Assembly: GCA_033763315.1 (NCBI GenBank)
Contig: JANRKS010000031.1
Coordinates: 32,001-96,000, forward strand
Reading direction: 5' to 3'
From: Deltaproteobacteria bacterium
Lineage (GTDB): Bacteria > Myxococcota_A > Polyangia > Fen-1088
DNA length: 64,000 nt
Shown: one piece after another, positions 1-10,636 of the stretch
How positions within the stretch are numbered: position 1 is the stretch's first letter
Layout: every line of letters begins with the position of its first letter
Translations under genes and position numbers: made by a program
Notes under the pieces: generated by a model
The model's database searches: none
What the model saw: only the letters and a program-made list of their open reading frames with translations
What the model was told of the DNA's origin: nothing

Positions 1-2
1 CG

Positions 3-410
3 AAAAACGCCTGGTACGTGGGGCTCACGTTGAATTGGGACGTGTGGGACTGGGGGAAGAATGTGAATGACATTCGCGCGGCCGAAGCGGGCCGTCAGCA
101 AGCTTTGATTGGAAAAACAGTGATTCGCGATCAGATTGCTGTGGAGGTGCGCCGGCGGGTGCTTGAAACCAAAACGGCGTATGAAACGCTGGACGTGGCG
201 CAGTTGGCGCTTGGTGCGGCTGAAGAGGCCAACCGCATTCAAAGCGTCCGCTTCAAAGAAGGCGCAGCCACAACCACCGACGTGATCGATGCTGAATCCG
301 AGGTGTCGCGCGCCCGCAATGGCTATGCGCAAGCTCGTTATGATTACTATCTGGCGCAAGCGTCATTGGCGCGCGCGATCGGGCAGATGCCAGGATCGGG
401 AGGGCAGTGA
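3..410 (+). CDS. TolC-family outer membrane efflux protein, C-terminal part (5' end outside the window)
   Basis: Frame is open from the window edge. GLTLNWDVWDWG beta-strand, RFKEGAATTTDVIDAE and ARYDYYLAQASLARAIG are OEP-type motifs. Lies directly upstream of MFP and RND genes. Confidence 0.9.
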   Translation, partial: KNAWYVGLTLNWDVWDWGKNVNDIRAAEAGRQQALIGKTVIRDQIAVEVRRRVLETKTAYETLDVAQLALGAAEEANRIQSVRFKEGAATTTDVIDAESEVSRARNGYAQARYDYYLAQASLARAIGQMPGSGGQ

Positions 411-1306
411 TGAAACTCGTGCGCTTTGCCTTGCCGCTGTTGTTTTGTGGGTTGGTGGCTTGCAAGCCGCATGGCAGCGAGGCGAAGTTGCCACCCGCGG
501 CAGGGCAGGGCGCGCCAGCGATGCCGGACTTGCCCACGATTGACAAGCCTGCCGCCGATGCAACCGAGGTCACGGCAAGCGAAGGCCGCACCACCGGCAC
601 GTTGATGCCGCAGAACCAGGCCCAGGTGGGCCCTTCGGTCAGTGGTGTGCTGCAAGCGGTGTTGGTGGATGAAGGCCAGCGCGTAAAAAAGGGCGCCGTG
701 TTGTTCAAGCAAGACGCGCGCGATGCGGTGTTGCGCGTGCAGCAGGCGCAGGCCGCGTTGGCAGCGGCCAAGGTTGGGTTGTCGTCGAGTGAAACAGATT
801 ACAAACGCACCAAGGCCTTGTTCGATCAAGGGGCATCCAACCAGATGCAATTGGATCAGATGCAAGCGCGCTTGGACGGCGCAAGGGTGGGTGTGCAGCA
901 AGCCCAAGTAGCTGTGGATATGGCTCAGAAGATGCTGGCCGACACCACAGTGCGAACTCCGATCGACGGGGTGATCACGGGTGTATTCAAAAGCGATGGC
1001 GAGATGGTGACCACGATGCCGCCCACGGTGGTGGTGCAGGTGGAAGATCAGGCCAAGATGGAGCTGCACTTTCGTTTACCAGAGACGGCGATGAGCCAGG
1101 TAAAGCTGGGCGACACAATCACAGCCGCGTTTGGCGCTGTGGGCATCACGCGCCAAGCGAAAGTCATTCGAAATAAGCCGGCGGTGGATCCCGTGAGCCG
1201 CACGGTGGAGTATGTGGCTATTTTTGATAACGCCGACGGCGCTTTGAAATCAGGCCTGTTGGCCGAAGTCCAGTTCGGTCAGGCGCCGGCCGCGAAGAAT
1301 CCTTAG
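410..1306 (+). CDS. RND efflux periplasmic adaptor (membrane fusion protein), lipoprotein
   Basis: Lipobox LVAC; lipoyl half-motifs VSGVLQAVLVDEGQRVKKG and VRTPIDGVIT; coiled hairpin; PAVDPVSRT. ATG at 410 overlaps the TolC stop; GGAGGG RBS. Confidence 0.92.
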   Translation: MKLVRFALPLLFCGLVACKPHGSEAKLPPAAGQGAPAMPDLPTIDKPAADATEVTASEGRTTGTLMPQNQAQVGPSVSGVLQAVLVDEGQRVKKGAVLFKQDARDAVLRVQQAQAALAAAKVGLSSSETDYKRTKALFDQGASNQMQLDQMQARLDGARVGVQQAQVAVDMAQKMLADTTVRTPIDGVITGVFKSDGEMVTTMPPTVVVQVEDQAKMELHFRLPETAMSQVKLGDTITAAFGAVGITRQAKVIRNKPAVDPVSRTVEYVAIFDNADGALKSGLLAEVQFGQAPAAKNP

Positions 1307-1330
1307 GTCGTTCCCGCCAGGAGCTCCGTC

Positions 1331-4300
1331 ATGAAAATCGCTGACATATCAATAAGGCGGCCTGTGTTCGCGGTGATGATGATCGCCGCGCTGACCGTGT
1401 TTGGCATCGTCAGTTACCCGCGCATCGGCGTGGATCTGTTTCCCAACGTCGAATTCCCGTTTGCCACGGTTACCGTGGTGTATCCGGGGGCGGATCCGGC
1501 GTCGATGGAAACCAAGGTTGCGGATCCCCTGGAAGAGGCCTTGAACACGCTCAGCGGCATCAAGGTGCTGCGATCGACCAGTTTGGAGAGCGTGACGCAA
1601 ATCATGCTGCAGTTCGAGCTGGAGGTGAAGATCGATACGGCAATTCAAGACGTGCGCGATCGTGTGTCCGCGGCTTTGACCAAGCTGCCGCAAGGAATTG
1701 ATCCACCTGTGGTGCAAAAGTTCGACGTCGGCGCGGCGCCCGTTTTGTCGGTGGCACTGTCGGGCGCCCTGGCCGCGCGCGATCTTACAAAGTTGGCTGA
1801 CGACGTTGTGAAGGAGCGCGTGCAGCGTATCCCCGGCGTGGGCTCGGTGGATCTTGTGGGCGGGCGCGATCGGGAGATTCACGTGTTGGTGGATCCAGCA
1901 CGCCTGTCGGGCATGGGCCTCACAGTTCAGGACGTATCGGGCGCGTTGCAGGCGCAAAACCTGGAGTTACCCGCGGGCCGCATTCAAATCGGCCAGCGCG
2001 AGTTCGCCGTAAAAACAAAAGGTGAAGTGCGGTCTGTGCAGGAGATCGCCGACATTCTCATCTCAGGCCGCGGGGGCGCGCGCATTCGCATCGGTGACGT
2101 GGCCAAGGTGGAAGATGGAACGGCCGAAGCGCGCTCGCATTCATCGATGGATGGCGTGTCGGCCGTGGCTTTGGTGGTCCGCAAACAGTCGGGGTCAAAC
2201 ACGGTGGCCGTGGCGCACGCGGTGAAAAAGGAGCTCGAGCTGTTGCGGCCGCAGATCGAAAAAGCGGGGGCGCGGCTGTCGGTGCCGACCGACAACGCCC
2301 CGTTTATCGAACACTCGATTGAAGACGTGCGCTTCGATTTGGTATTCGGCGCGTTGCTGGCCGTGCTGGTGATTTTGGTTTTCTTGCATGACTTCCGCGC
2401 GACGCTCATCAGCGCGATGGCCATTCCCACTTCCGTGGTGGCAACCTTCGCCTTCGTGCAAGTGATGGGCTTTACGTTCAACAACATGACGATGTTGGCG
2501 CTGTCGCTGTCCATCGGCATCTTGGTTGATGACGCGATCGTGGTAATCGAAAACATCCACCGGCACTTGGAGATGGGAAAGCCCCCCATGCAGGCGGCTT
2601 CCGATGCCACCAAGGAAATTGGATTGGCCGTTTTAGCCACGACGATGTCCATCGTGGCTGTGTTCGTGCCCGTGGCCATCATGAAGGGCATCATTGGCCG
2701 CTTCTTCTTTCAGTTCGGCTTGACCGTAAGCTTCGCCGTGTTGGTGTCGCTGTTCGTGTCGTTCACATTGACGCCGATGATGTCGTCGCGCTTGCTCCGC
2801 AAAGCCGAACACACGGCGCCGGGTTTTTTTGTGCGCCAGCTTGAAAAGGTCTTAGGCACCGTGGATGGGCTTTACCGCCGCTTGTTGGCAGGGGCCATCC
2901 GCCACAAAGTGCTCACGCTGTTCGCGGCGTTTCTGTCTTTGGTCGGGTCGGTGGTGCTGGTGTCGCGCGTAAAGTCAGAATTCCTGCCGCCCGAAGACCG
3001 CGCGCAATACATGGTTTCGGTGGAGCTGCCCGTGGGCACGGGGCTTGAGACGACCAGCAAGTTCGTGGAAAAGGTGGCCGAAGATTTGCGCAAGAACGGG
3101 CCAGGTGTCACCGCCACGTTCGTCACGATTGGTGGCGGCGCGCAGGGGCAGGTGCATCTGGGGCAAATTCAAGCGCTGTTGGTGCCGCGCACGCAGCGGC
3201 CGTTTAGCCAAGAGCAAGCGATGGGCTGGGTGCGCGAGCGATACGCGAAAACGAAAGACGCGTTGATCACGGTGAACCCGATCAGCCCGCTGGGCAACGA
3301 CAATGGCTTTAAGCAACAGCCCATCCAGTTCAACATCCGTGGCAAAGATATGGCGGAGCTTGAGAAAGCCTCGGCCGCGCTGATCGGCGAGCTGAAGAAG
3401 GTCAACGGCCTTGTGGATTTGGACACAAGCTACCGCGGTGGCAAGCCCGAGTTGGCAATCAACATCGATCGTGATCGCGCGGCCGAGTTGGGTGTGCCGG
3501 TGGCTGCGATCGCCAGCACGCTGCGTGCGCTTGTGGCGGGCGACAAGGTCACGGAACTCAAAGAGGGCCTGGATCTGTACGACGTGACGGTGCAGTTGCC
3601 CGAAGGCGCCAAGCGCGGCCTCGCAGCGATGAACAACTTGGTTGTGCGTTCGTCCACGGGCGGCTTGGTGCCACTTTCCAACGTGGTGCAGGTGCAGCCC
3701 GGGGAAGGCCCCAGCCAAATTGATCGGCAAGCCCGCCAGCGCCAGGTCACTGTGTTTGCCGGCTTGCAGGGCATGCCGTTAGGTGACGCGATCAAGGAAG
3801 TAAACGCGGCGGCGATCAAAGCGGTGCCCGGCCACCTGACCACCGACTACGCCGGCATGGGCGAAATGATGGGCGAATCCTTTGGCTACATGTTGGTGGC
3901 GTTGGGCCTCGCGATCATCTTGGTCTACATGATCTTGGCCGCGCAGTTCGATAGCCTGGTGCATCCCTTCACGATCATGCTTTCACTGCCGCTTTCGGTG
4001 GTGGGCGCGTTTGGTGGCTTATTCCTTTCGGGTATGACGCTCAACATTTTCTCCATGATTGGTTTCATCATGTTGATGGGCCTCGTGACCAAGAACGCGA
4101 TCTTGATGGTTGATTTCACCAACACGCTGCGCGCCGAAGGCAAGTCCGCGGTGCAAGCGTTGATGGAAGCCGGACCCATCCGGTTGCGCCCCATTTTGAT
4201 GACCACCTTCGCAATGATCTTCGGCATGATTCCGGTGGCGTTGGCCTTGGGCGAAGGTGGCGAGACGCGGGCACCGATGGCTGTGGCGGTGATTGGTGGC

Positions 4301-4447
4301 CTCATCACTTCCACCATGTTGACGTTGGTGGTGGTGCCGGTGGTGTATTTGCTGATGGACCGCATCACCTCAAGCCGCGCGTTGCAGTGGCTGGGCCGCA
4401 AGGTTTCAGGCACGCGCGCGCCCGCGGCCGCCGAGCAAGCGACGTAA
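1331..4447 (+). CDS. AcrB/AcrD/AcrF-family RND efflux permease
   Basis: 1038 aa. N-terminal SIRRPV; proton-relay motifs [17 protein letters not shown] and RLRPILMTT. Confidence 0.96.
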   Translation: MKIADISIRRPVFAVMMIAALTVFGIVSYPRIGVDLFPNVEFPFATVTVVYPGADPASMETKVADPLEEALNTLSGIKVLRSTSLESVTQIMLQFELEVKIDTAIQDVRDRVSAALTKLPQGIDPPVVQKFDVGAAPVLSVALSGALAARDLTKLADDVVKERVQRIPGVGSVDLVGGRDREIHVLVDPARLSGMGLTVQDVSGALQAQNLELPAGRIQIGQREFAVKTKGEVRSVQEIADILISGRGGARIRIGDVAKVEDGTAEARSHSSMDGVSAVALVVRKQSGSNTVAVAHAVKKELELLRPQIEKAGARLSVPTDNAPFIEHSIEDVRFDLVFGALLAVLVILVFLHDFRATLISAMAIPTSVVATFAFVQVMGFTFNNMTMLALSLSIGILVDDAIVVIENIHRHLEMGKPPMQAASDATKEIGLAVLATTMSIVAVFVPVAIMKGIIGRFFFQFGLTVSFAVLVSLFVSFTLTPMMSSRLLRKAEHTAPGFFVRQLEKVLGTVDGLYRRLLAGAIRHKVLTLFAAFLSLVGSVVLVSRVKSEFLPPEDRAQYMVSVELPVGTGLETTSKFVEKVAEDLRKNGPGVTATFVTIGGGAQGQVHLGQIQALLVPRTQRPFSQEQAMGWVRERYAKTKDALITVNPISPLGNDNGFKQQPIQFNIRGKDMAELEKASAALIGELKKVNGLVDLDTSYRGGKPELAINIDRDRAAELGVPVAAIASTLRALVAGDKVTELKEGLDLYDVTVQLPEGAKRGLAAMNNLVVRSSTGGLVPLSNVVQVQPGEGPSQIDRQARQRQVTVFAGLQGMPLGDAIKEVNAAAIKAVPGHLTTDYAGMGEMMGESFGYMLVALGLAIILVYMILAAQFDSLVHPFTIMLSLPLSVVGAFGGLFLSGMTLNIFSMIGFIMLMGLVTKNAILMVDFTNTLRAEGKSAVQALMEAGPIRLRPILMTTFAMIFGMIPVALALGEGGETRAPMAVAVIGGLITSTMLTLVVVPVVYLLMDRITSSRALQWLGRKVSGTRAPAAAEQAT

Positions 4448-4453
4448 GCATTC

Positions 4454-5158
4454 GTGGCTTCACGTACCATCATTCACGGCGACGCGATGGCGTGGCTGCA
4501 AAATCCGGCCCACCGGATCGCCGGCGCCAGCGTGATCACGTCGCTGCCGGACATCTCTGAAGTGCCCGAACGCGGCTTTGACGGCTGGAAGAGCTTCTTC
4601 GGTGAAGCCGCGCGCCTGGTGCAAGCGTGGGTGCCGGATGACGGCGTGGCCATTTTCTTTCAAAGCGACATCAAGCACGACGGCCGATGGATCGATAAGG
4701 GCTACTGGGTGCAGCGGGCGTTGGAGGATGTGGGCACGCATCTTTTGTGGCACAAGGTTGTGTGCCGACGGCCTGCGGGCACGGTGACGTACGGTCGGGC
4801 GAGTTACTCGCACATGTTGTGCTTCTCGCGGGGTGTGCGGCCGGCTGCAGATCGGGCGTTTGCCGATGTGATGCCAGACGCGGGCCACATGACGTGGACC
4901 CGAGGCATGGGGGCCAACGCGTGTTTGGCCGCGTGCCAGTTTGTGGCGGAGCAAACCGCGAGCCGTGTGGTTGTGGATCCGTTTTGTGGCTATGGCACGG
5001 CACTGGCCGTCGCCAACGCGCTGGGGTTGGATGCCGTGGGCGTGGAGCTGAGCGCACGCAAATGCCGCAAGGCGCGCTCGCTTTCCTTTGCGCTGGATGC
5101 CAAGGGAGCCTTGGCACCTGTGATTTCCACAGCTACGTTTGCTCCCCCAGGTTTATGA
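4454..5158 (+). CDS. SAM-dependent methyltransferase with N6/N4 DNA-MTase-like (beta-class) layout and atypical catalytic motif
   Basis: IIHGDA start; VITSLPD in place of TSPPY/DPPY; C-terminal SAM motif VVDPFCGYGT...GVEL. Confidence 0.75.
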   Translation: MASRTIIHGDAMAWLQNPAHRIAGASVITSLPDISEVPERGFDGWKSFFGEAARLVQAWVPDDGVAIFFQSDIKHDGRWIDKGYWVQRALEDVGTHLLWHKVVCRRPAGTVTYGRASYSHMLCFSRGVRPAADRAFADVMPDAGHMTWTRGMGANACLAACQFVAEQTASRVVVDPFCGYGTALAVANALGLDAVGVELSARKCRKARSLSFALDAKGALAPVISTATFAPPGL

Positions 5159-6333
5159 GCAGCGCCGTCACCCTTTCGCCCGTCAAACGCCCCATGTGTG
5201 CCCGTTGCGCGCGCCCGCAGCGCGTGTGCGTATGCGCGCAGCTGCCTGAACTACGCACGCAGAACACGAACGTTGTGTTGTTGCAGCACCCGCGCGAAAG
5301 CCACACAGGCATTGGCACAGCCAAACTGGCGCACCTTTCGTTGCCGGGCTCACTGCTCAAGGCCGGGCTTGATTTCTCAGCGGATTCGCAGGTGCAGGCC
5401 GAAGTGCGCAAGGCGCCGGCCTATGTATTGTTTCCGGGCCCCCAAGCCATCGCGATCGCGGATTTGCCCACCGACAAAGCAATCACACTCATCGTGGTGG
5501 ACGGCACGTGGTGGCAGGCCAAGAAGCTGATCAAGCTTAACCCGTGGCTAGAGCAATTGCCGCGCGTGAGCTTTAGCCCCACCACCCCCAGCGATTATCG
5601 GATTCGTCGGCAACCGGCGGCACATTGTGTGTCGACGATCGAGGCCTTGGCCGAAGTGTTGTGCCAGCGCGAGCCTGCGGGCATGGCGTTCGATCATCTG
5701 CGCGATCCGTTTCGCGCGATGGTTGATCATCAGATTCGCCTTAAGGAAGAAATCTTTTCGTCACGCCACCGCAAGCGTTTGCGGCCGCGCGACAAGAAGC
5801 AGCCCACGCTGCCAGAACGCTTGCAAAGCGTGTGGGCACGTCTGGTGTTTGTGCAAGGAGAAGCGAATGCCTGGCCGGCGCGAAGCCCCAACCGGCCGCC
5901 GCCTGAAATCGTTCATTTTGTGGCGCAGCGAGCGAGCGGCCACGAAACGTTTGAGGCCGTGGTTGCGCCGCGGCGGGCGTTGGCGCCTTCGACGTGTCGA
6001 TACGTCGATTTGGATGAAGCGCGTCTGAACCAAGGCGAGGCGATTGCAGACGCCACCCAGCGCTGGCGGCAGTGGCTGCGCCCCGACGACATCCTATGCG
6101 CGTGGGGCCCCTATCATTTGGGCGTCGCGGAAGCCGACGGCTGGCAGATGGGCACGGCGTTAATCGATATGCGCAACGCTTTGTCGCAGCACCTGAAACA
6201 GCGGCTGTCCTTGGTGGAAGACGCGGTGAAATTTGTGGGGTTGGAGGCGTTGCCACCCACGTCGCCCGGGCGTGCACACAGGCGCCTGACAGCTTTGATG
6301 CAACTGACGTTGCGTCTGCATGAGGCAACGTGA
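5155..6333 (+). CDS. DTW-domain protein (tRNA-uridine aminocarboxypropyltransferase family) with C-terminal extension
   Basis: CARC..CVC zinc knuckle, LLQHPRE, VVDGTWWQA, YRIRRQP, STIEA. ATG at 5155 overlaps the upstream stop (ATGA). Confidence 0.88.
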   Translation: MSSAVTLSPVKRPMCARCARPQRVCVCAQLPELRTQNTNVVLLQHPRESHTGIGTAKLAHLSLPGSLLKAGLDFSADSQVQAEVRKAPAYVLFPGPQAIAIADLPTDKAITLIVVDGTWWQAKKLIKLNPWLEQLPRVSFSPTTPSDYRIRRQPAAHCVSTIEALAEVLCQREPAGMAFDHLRDPFRAMVDHQIRLKEEIFSSRHRKRLRPRDKKQPTLPERLQSVWARLVFVQGEANAWPARSPNRPPPEIVHFVAQRASGHETFEAVVAPRRALAPSTCRYVDLDEARLNQGEAIADATQRWRQWLRPDDILCAWGPYHLGVAEADGWQMGTALIDMRNALSQHLKQRLSLVEDAVKFVGLEALPPTSPGRAHRRLTALMQLTLRLHEAT

Positions 6334-6378
6334 GCTACGCTGTCTCAGCGCGAGCCTCATTTGGTACGCGTGCCAAGA

Positions 6379-8124
6379 TCACTTTGTGGCGCCTACGGGG
6401 AAATGGCGTTTTAGATCAAGTTGAGTGATTTTGTGAGCCAAGGTGCGCACGGGCAGTTTCAACAAACGCGCGGCTTCGGTTTGGTTCCATTGGCACGCCC
6501 CTAGAGCATCCAGAATCAATTGGGCCTCGTAGGCGCGCAATCGCTCGCGAAGATCACCCGCAGTCCCGACCTGCATCGTCTCGCTGAGCGATTTGCCGGA
6601 GCGAATCAATGTGGGTAAGTCTTCATCGCTTACCTCATCGCGCGGGGACATCACCGCCAGGCGTTCGATCACGTTGCGCAGCTCGCGGACGTTTCCAGGC
6701 CACGCGTAGCTCTGCAATCTTTCCTTTACCGTTTCGCTCAAAAACAACGTGCGGTGCTCGGCGGCGGCCGCGCGCGCCAAGAAGGCGGTGGCCAACGGAA
6801 GAATGTCTTCTGGTCGCTCGCGCAAAGGCGGCAGTTTGATCGTGAGCGTGTTCAAACGAAAAACCAGATCAGCCCGTAGCTTGCCTTCGGCCACCATCGT
6901 GTCAACGTCTCGATTCGTGGCCGCGATCACCCGGACGTCGGTAGCGATTTCTGCGGCGGTCCCCACACGCAGAATGCGTCCCGTCTCAAGCACCCGCAGC
7001 AACGTTGCCTGCGCCAACAACGGCAGCTCTGCCACCTCATCAAGAAAAACAGTGCCACCGCTGGCCTCTTCAAAGATGCCCTTGTTCGCGCGGTCAGCGC
7101 TCGTGAACGCCCCTTTGGCGTGCCCAAACAACAGGCTTTCAATCAACGCAGGCGGTAGCGCGCCGCAGTTAACAGGTATGAATGGTTTCGTGGAACGCGG
7201 CCCTGCCTTGACGATGGCTTGCGCCACCACCTCTTTGCCGGTGCCTGTTTCGCCCATCAACAGTACGGGCGCGCGGCTGGCTGCCACTTTGGCCACGGCT
7301 GCGAACACGGACGCCATCTTGGGGCTATGCACGATCGCTTCGTCCACGCTAACGAGGTTTCGCAATGTTGGCCCCAGGGGCACGGAGACCACGTGAACGT
7401 CCTTGGTCGTTTGCCGAACCATTTCACGTAAAGTCTCGATTAAGTGGTCGGCGCTGGTTCCATGGTCGGGGAACACAGCCACAGATACTTTGGCGTCCTT
7501 GATCTGCGAAGCAATGGCGTAGGCGGTGCGTTCAGCCTGAGTTAGGTCCCAGCCGGTATGCGCCGCCACAAGATAGCCCAGGCCATAGATACCCATGTGG
7601 TCCCACCCCTCAAGCAGGGCGCGCATTTGATCGATCTTCTTATGAAAGACCTCAAGGCTGCTGCGCTCGGTGCGCACCATCAAAAGCGCCACCGTGGTGT
7701 TGTGACTGCGCGCCTCGGCCAAGGCGTCTTGCAGCCAGGCGTCGAAGCTTTCTTCTTCAACGATCGGCGTTTGTGGTGCGCCGTTATCCTGTTCGTGAAT
7801 CGAAATCGTTACCTGGCCTAAGGTGACTTGCTGCCCCGGTGTTAGCAGCGCCCGTCCTTTGAGGCGTTTGTCGCCCACGCGTGTGCCGTTAAGCGATCCG
7901 AGATCTTCCACCCAGATGCCGTCGTCGCTCCAGACAAATCGCGCATGCCGGCGCGACAGCGTTTCGTCGGCCACAACAACATCGGCCGGTGCGCCACGCC
8001 CCACAACCAGTGGCACCGACTGGGCCAAAGGCACCACCATGGCTTCGCCCACGCGGCGCAAAACCATACAAACCCGAGTCGCTACAGGTGTCTCTGGCGA
8101 CCGCTTCACGGTTTTGTCAGACAT
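6379..8124 (-). CDS. Sigma-54-dependent enhancer-binding protein, FHA - degenerate GGDEF-like - AAA+ - HTH
   Basis: FHA motifs (VGRG, LSRRHA, DLGSLNGT); Walker A GETGTGKE; GAFTSA; FLDEV; WPGNVREL; Fis-type HTH WNQTEAARLL. Start re-set to MSDKT. Confidence 0.92.
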   Translation of the reverse strand: MSDKTVKRSPETPVATRVCMVLRRVGEAMVVPLAQSVPLVVGRGAPADVVVADETLSRRHARFVWSDDGIWVEDLGSLNGTRVGDKRLKGRALLTPGQQVTLGQVTISIHEQDNGAPQTPIVEEESFDAWLQDALAEARSHNTTVALLMVRTERSSLEVFHKKIDQMRALLEGWDHMGIYGLGYLVAAHTGWDLTQAERTAYAIASQIKDAKVSVAVFPDHGTSADHLIETLREMVRQTTKDVHVVSVPLGPTLRNLVSVDEAIVHSPKMASVFAAVAKVAASRAPVLLMGETGTGKEVVAQAIVKAGPRSTKPFIPVNCGALPPALIESLLFGHAKGAFTSADRANKGIFEEASGGTVFLDEVAELPLLAQATLLRVLETGRILRVGTAAEIATDVRVIAATNRDVDTMVAEGKLRADLVFRLNTLTIKLPPLRERPEDILPLATAFLARAAAAEHRTLFLSETVKERLQSYAWPGNVRELRNVIERLAVMSPRDEVSDEDLPTLIRSGKSLSETMQVGTAGDLRERLRAYEAQLILDALGACQWNQTEAARLLKLPVRTLAHKITQLDLKRHFPVGATK

Positions 8125-8161
8125 GACAGGACTAAGAGTTAACACGTGGCTGCGGCAACTG

Positions 8162-9739
8162 TCACGGAGCCAGCAACGGAACCACCAAACGCACCGTCTC
8201 ATCGGCACGAACGGTGGTCTTTTTCTGCAGGGCTGCACCACCGAACGGGCGCAGGGTCAGCCGCGTGGGCCCAACAGGCAGACGCACTTGAAGCGGCGTA
8301 CGACCCAGATGACGTTCAGCCGCATAAACATCCGCCCACCCTCCGGGCGTTGCAATGTTGACGTAGCCCATCATCACTTGTGCCGCGTGCGGTGTACGTC
8401 GCAGCGTGGGAAGGGGCGCTTTTTCGTGCGTTGGAGGGTGATTCACCGCAGGTAGCGGTGGGACGGCCATCGGCGTCGGCTGCTCTTGCCGCGGAGATGA
8501 TTGTGTTACAGCTGCGGCACGGTAGGCCTTCGGGGGATCTGAATTCGTTGATTCTTGCGGCCATTTCCACACGCCCAAGGGCGCCGCAACTGCGATCACT
8601 GCGGCGCCTGCTTTCCACCACAAACCGCGCGAGCGCGAGGGCAGGGCGCGGGTGGAAGCAACAGAGTCAGAAGCCGCGAGGGTTGCCGATGCCGACGCAG
8701 CGGAAGTGCTGCCAAGGCTACGAGCCGCTTCCACCTGCTCGCGTTGACGCTGCAAACGCGCGCCGAACTGCGCGCGCATCCAAGCCCCAAGCTCTTCGAC
8801 TTGTGTGTTCCAACCATGGCTAGCGGCCGTTGCCAAACACACCTGCGCCACCTCCTTGGCCGTGCTTGGCCGTAAAGCTGGATCGCGAATTAGACAGCTC
8901 TCGATTAATTCGCACAGATCCTTATTCACGCCAGGCAGGCTCACCCGCAGCGAGGGGATCTCTTCCTCGAGTACGGCTCGCATCGTTTGCACTTCAGTGG
9001 TCTTTGCGAATAAGCGACGCCCGTGAAACAACTCCCACGCCACAACGCCCAGACTCCAGATGTCGGCGCGTCGATCCACGATGGCCATGCTCATCTGTTC
9101 GGGAGACATATAGGCAAGCGTGCCCTTGAGCGTACCAGTACGCGTGTGATGCAGCTGATCGACGACGCGCGCGATGCCAAGATCTAGAACCTTAACGCTG
9201 CCTTCGTAGGTGACGATTAGATTGCCGGGAGATACATCGCGATGAACTGCACCCAGTGAATTGCCGTCGTCGTCGCGTGATTCGTGGATGGCGTGCAACC
9301 CCATCGCCGTGTCTGCGATGATGCGAATGGCGTGACCCATGCAATGTCCGAACGTGCTTTCGTTGCCCTTAGCGAAGGGGTGCAAGGTCTTCGCTACCAA
9401 AGCAACGCTTTCGCCTTGCAAAAGTGGCATCGCCATAAAGTAGGAGCCATCGGCAAAACCGAAATCGAACACTTCACTGACGTGGGGGTGGCTGATACGC
9501 GACGCAAGCCTCGCTTCGTCCAGAAACATTTCCACGAAACCAGGTTCTGCCACAAGATGAGGGTGGATACACTTGAGGGCCACTATCTTCTTGAAGCCGC
9601 CTGGCCCTTCGATGCGCGCAAGATAAACCGTGGCCATTCCGCCGGTGGCCAGGCGACTGCAGATCTCATAACGACCAATGCGGTGCCCAGGGCCAAATCC
9701 GCCAGACGTATTCAATCGCAAGTTCTGATCATTCACCAT
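8162..9739 (-). CDS. Membrane Ser/Thr protein kinase with C-terminal PEGA-like domain
   Basis: GGMATV, VALK, HRDVSPGN, DLG, YMSPE, DIWSLG; TM near WWKAGAAVIAVAA; C-terminal GWADVY..LGRTPL..LPVG. Confidence 0.92.
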   Translation of the reverse strand: MVNDQNLRLNTSGGFGPGHRIGRYEICSRLATGGMATVYLARIEGPGGFKKIVALKCIHPHLVAEPGFVEMFLDEARLASRISHPHVSEVFDFGFADGSYFMAMPLLQGESVALVAKTLHPFAKGNESTFGHCMGHAIRIIADTAMGLHAIHESRDDDGNSLGAVHRDVSPGNLIVTYEGSVKVLDLGIARVVDQLHHTRTGTLKGTLAYMSPEQMSMAIVDRRADIWSLGVVAWELFHGRRLFAKTTEVQTMRAVLEEEIPSLRVSLPGVNKDLCELIESCLIRDPALRPSTAKEVAQVCLATAASHGWNTQVEELGAWMRAQFGARLQRQREQVEAARSLGSTSAASASATLAASDSVASTRALPSRSRGLWWKAGAAVIAVAAPLGVWKWPQESTNSDPPKAYRAAAVTQSSPRQEQPTPMAVPPLPAVNHPPTHEKAPLPTLRRTPHAAQVMMGYVNIATPGGWADVYAAERHLGRTPLQVRLPVGPTRLTLRPFGGAALQKKTTVRADETVRLVVPLLAP

Positions 9740-10548
9740 GTCACTACGGGTGCCAATGGGGTAGTAGAGGTGGGCTCATCATCCATCAACAGCACAGCGG
9801 TCAAAATACCGCTGGTCGCCGCGACGCCGGCGACAACCCACCACCAAACGCCCGACGACTTGTGAGCGGCTGACGGCGACACGGTTTGCGGTGGCAATGG
9901 CTCACGCCACATCGCGGGCTCGGTTCGCAGCAAGACACTGCCCCCTAGACCGAGCGCCTCCGCGAAGTATTCGACCGGCTCATTTGGTAAAGCACTCACC
10001 TTAAAGTTCGATCCTTGGTCACTTCGCCAGGGGTTCGTGCCAACGCGTGCTGACAAACGCACACTTTCGATAAGGTTTTCGGGTGCGTTGATGACACCAC
10101 CTGTGACGCTGACGCTCGATCCCTCCACGCGTTTTGCCTCCACGACGAGACGAAGGGGTGGCTGTCGCACTTTTTCTCGCTCGAATTGCGCAGGCAGATC
10201 GGGGTTGATGTTGGGAGGGAAAGCGTGATTTGGATGCAGGGCGGCCAACCAGCGCAGATCTTGTCGCGCGAGTTCCGCTTGCCCCAGCGCCCAATACACG
10301 AGCGCGCGCAGTTCAAGAAACTGCAGCACGTCGATACGCGAAAGCTGGCCCGCGGCTGCCGTGGTCTGAAGCAACGCCAGCGCCTCGCGGAACTCAGCGT
10401 TTTCGATGTGGCGCTGCGCCTCCGCCACACGCGCAGGCTGCGCTTGTGCATTGCCGCTGTATCCGCACGGCAACACGATGAGCAGCAAAAGAGCCGCCTT
10501 CGCGTAGAGAACCGGCACTATGGCAAGACAAGCGCGAACTGACACCAA
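9733..10548 (-). CDS. Exported TPR-like protein with C-terminal membrane anchor
   Basis: Signal peptide ending AQA; helical TPR-like segment; beta domain; WWWVVAGVAA TM. Overlaps the kinase start. Confidence 0.7.
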   Translation of the reverse strand: MVSVRACLAIVPVLYAKAALLLLIVLPCGYSGNAQAQPARVAEAQRHIENAEFREALALLQTTAAAGQLSRIDVLQFLELRALVYWALGQAELARQDLRWLAALHPNHAFPPNINPDLPAQFEREKVRQPPLRLVVEAKRVEGSSVSVTGGVINAPENLIESVRLSARVGTNPWRSDQGSNFKVSALPNEPVEYFAEALGLGGSVLLRTEPAMWREPLPPQTVSPSAAHKSSGVWWWVVAGVAATSGILTAVLLMDDEPTSTTPLAPVVTW

Positions 10549-10636
10549 GCACCTTTTGACAGACCGTCATCCGGATCTAAACACAGATTGCGCGGGTTCG
10601 CCGCGGACGCCGCCCGCAAGGTATGTTTTTTCCGCC

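Noticed and set aside
4747-5154. N-terminal extension of the DTW ORF
   Set aside because: Overlaps the methyltransferase; ATG 5155 with an ATGA overlap is the better start.
4454-5158. Restriction-modification system
   Set aside because: No endonuclease or specificity gene nearby, and the catalytic motif is atypical.
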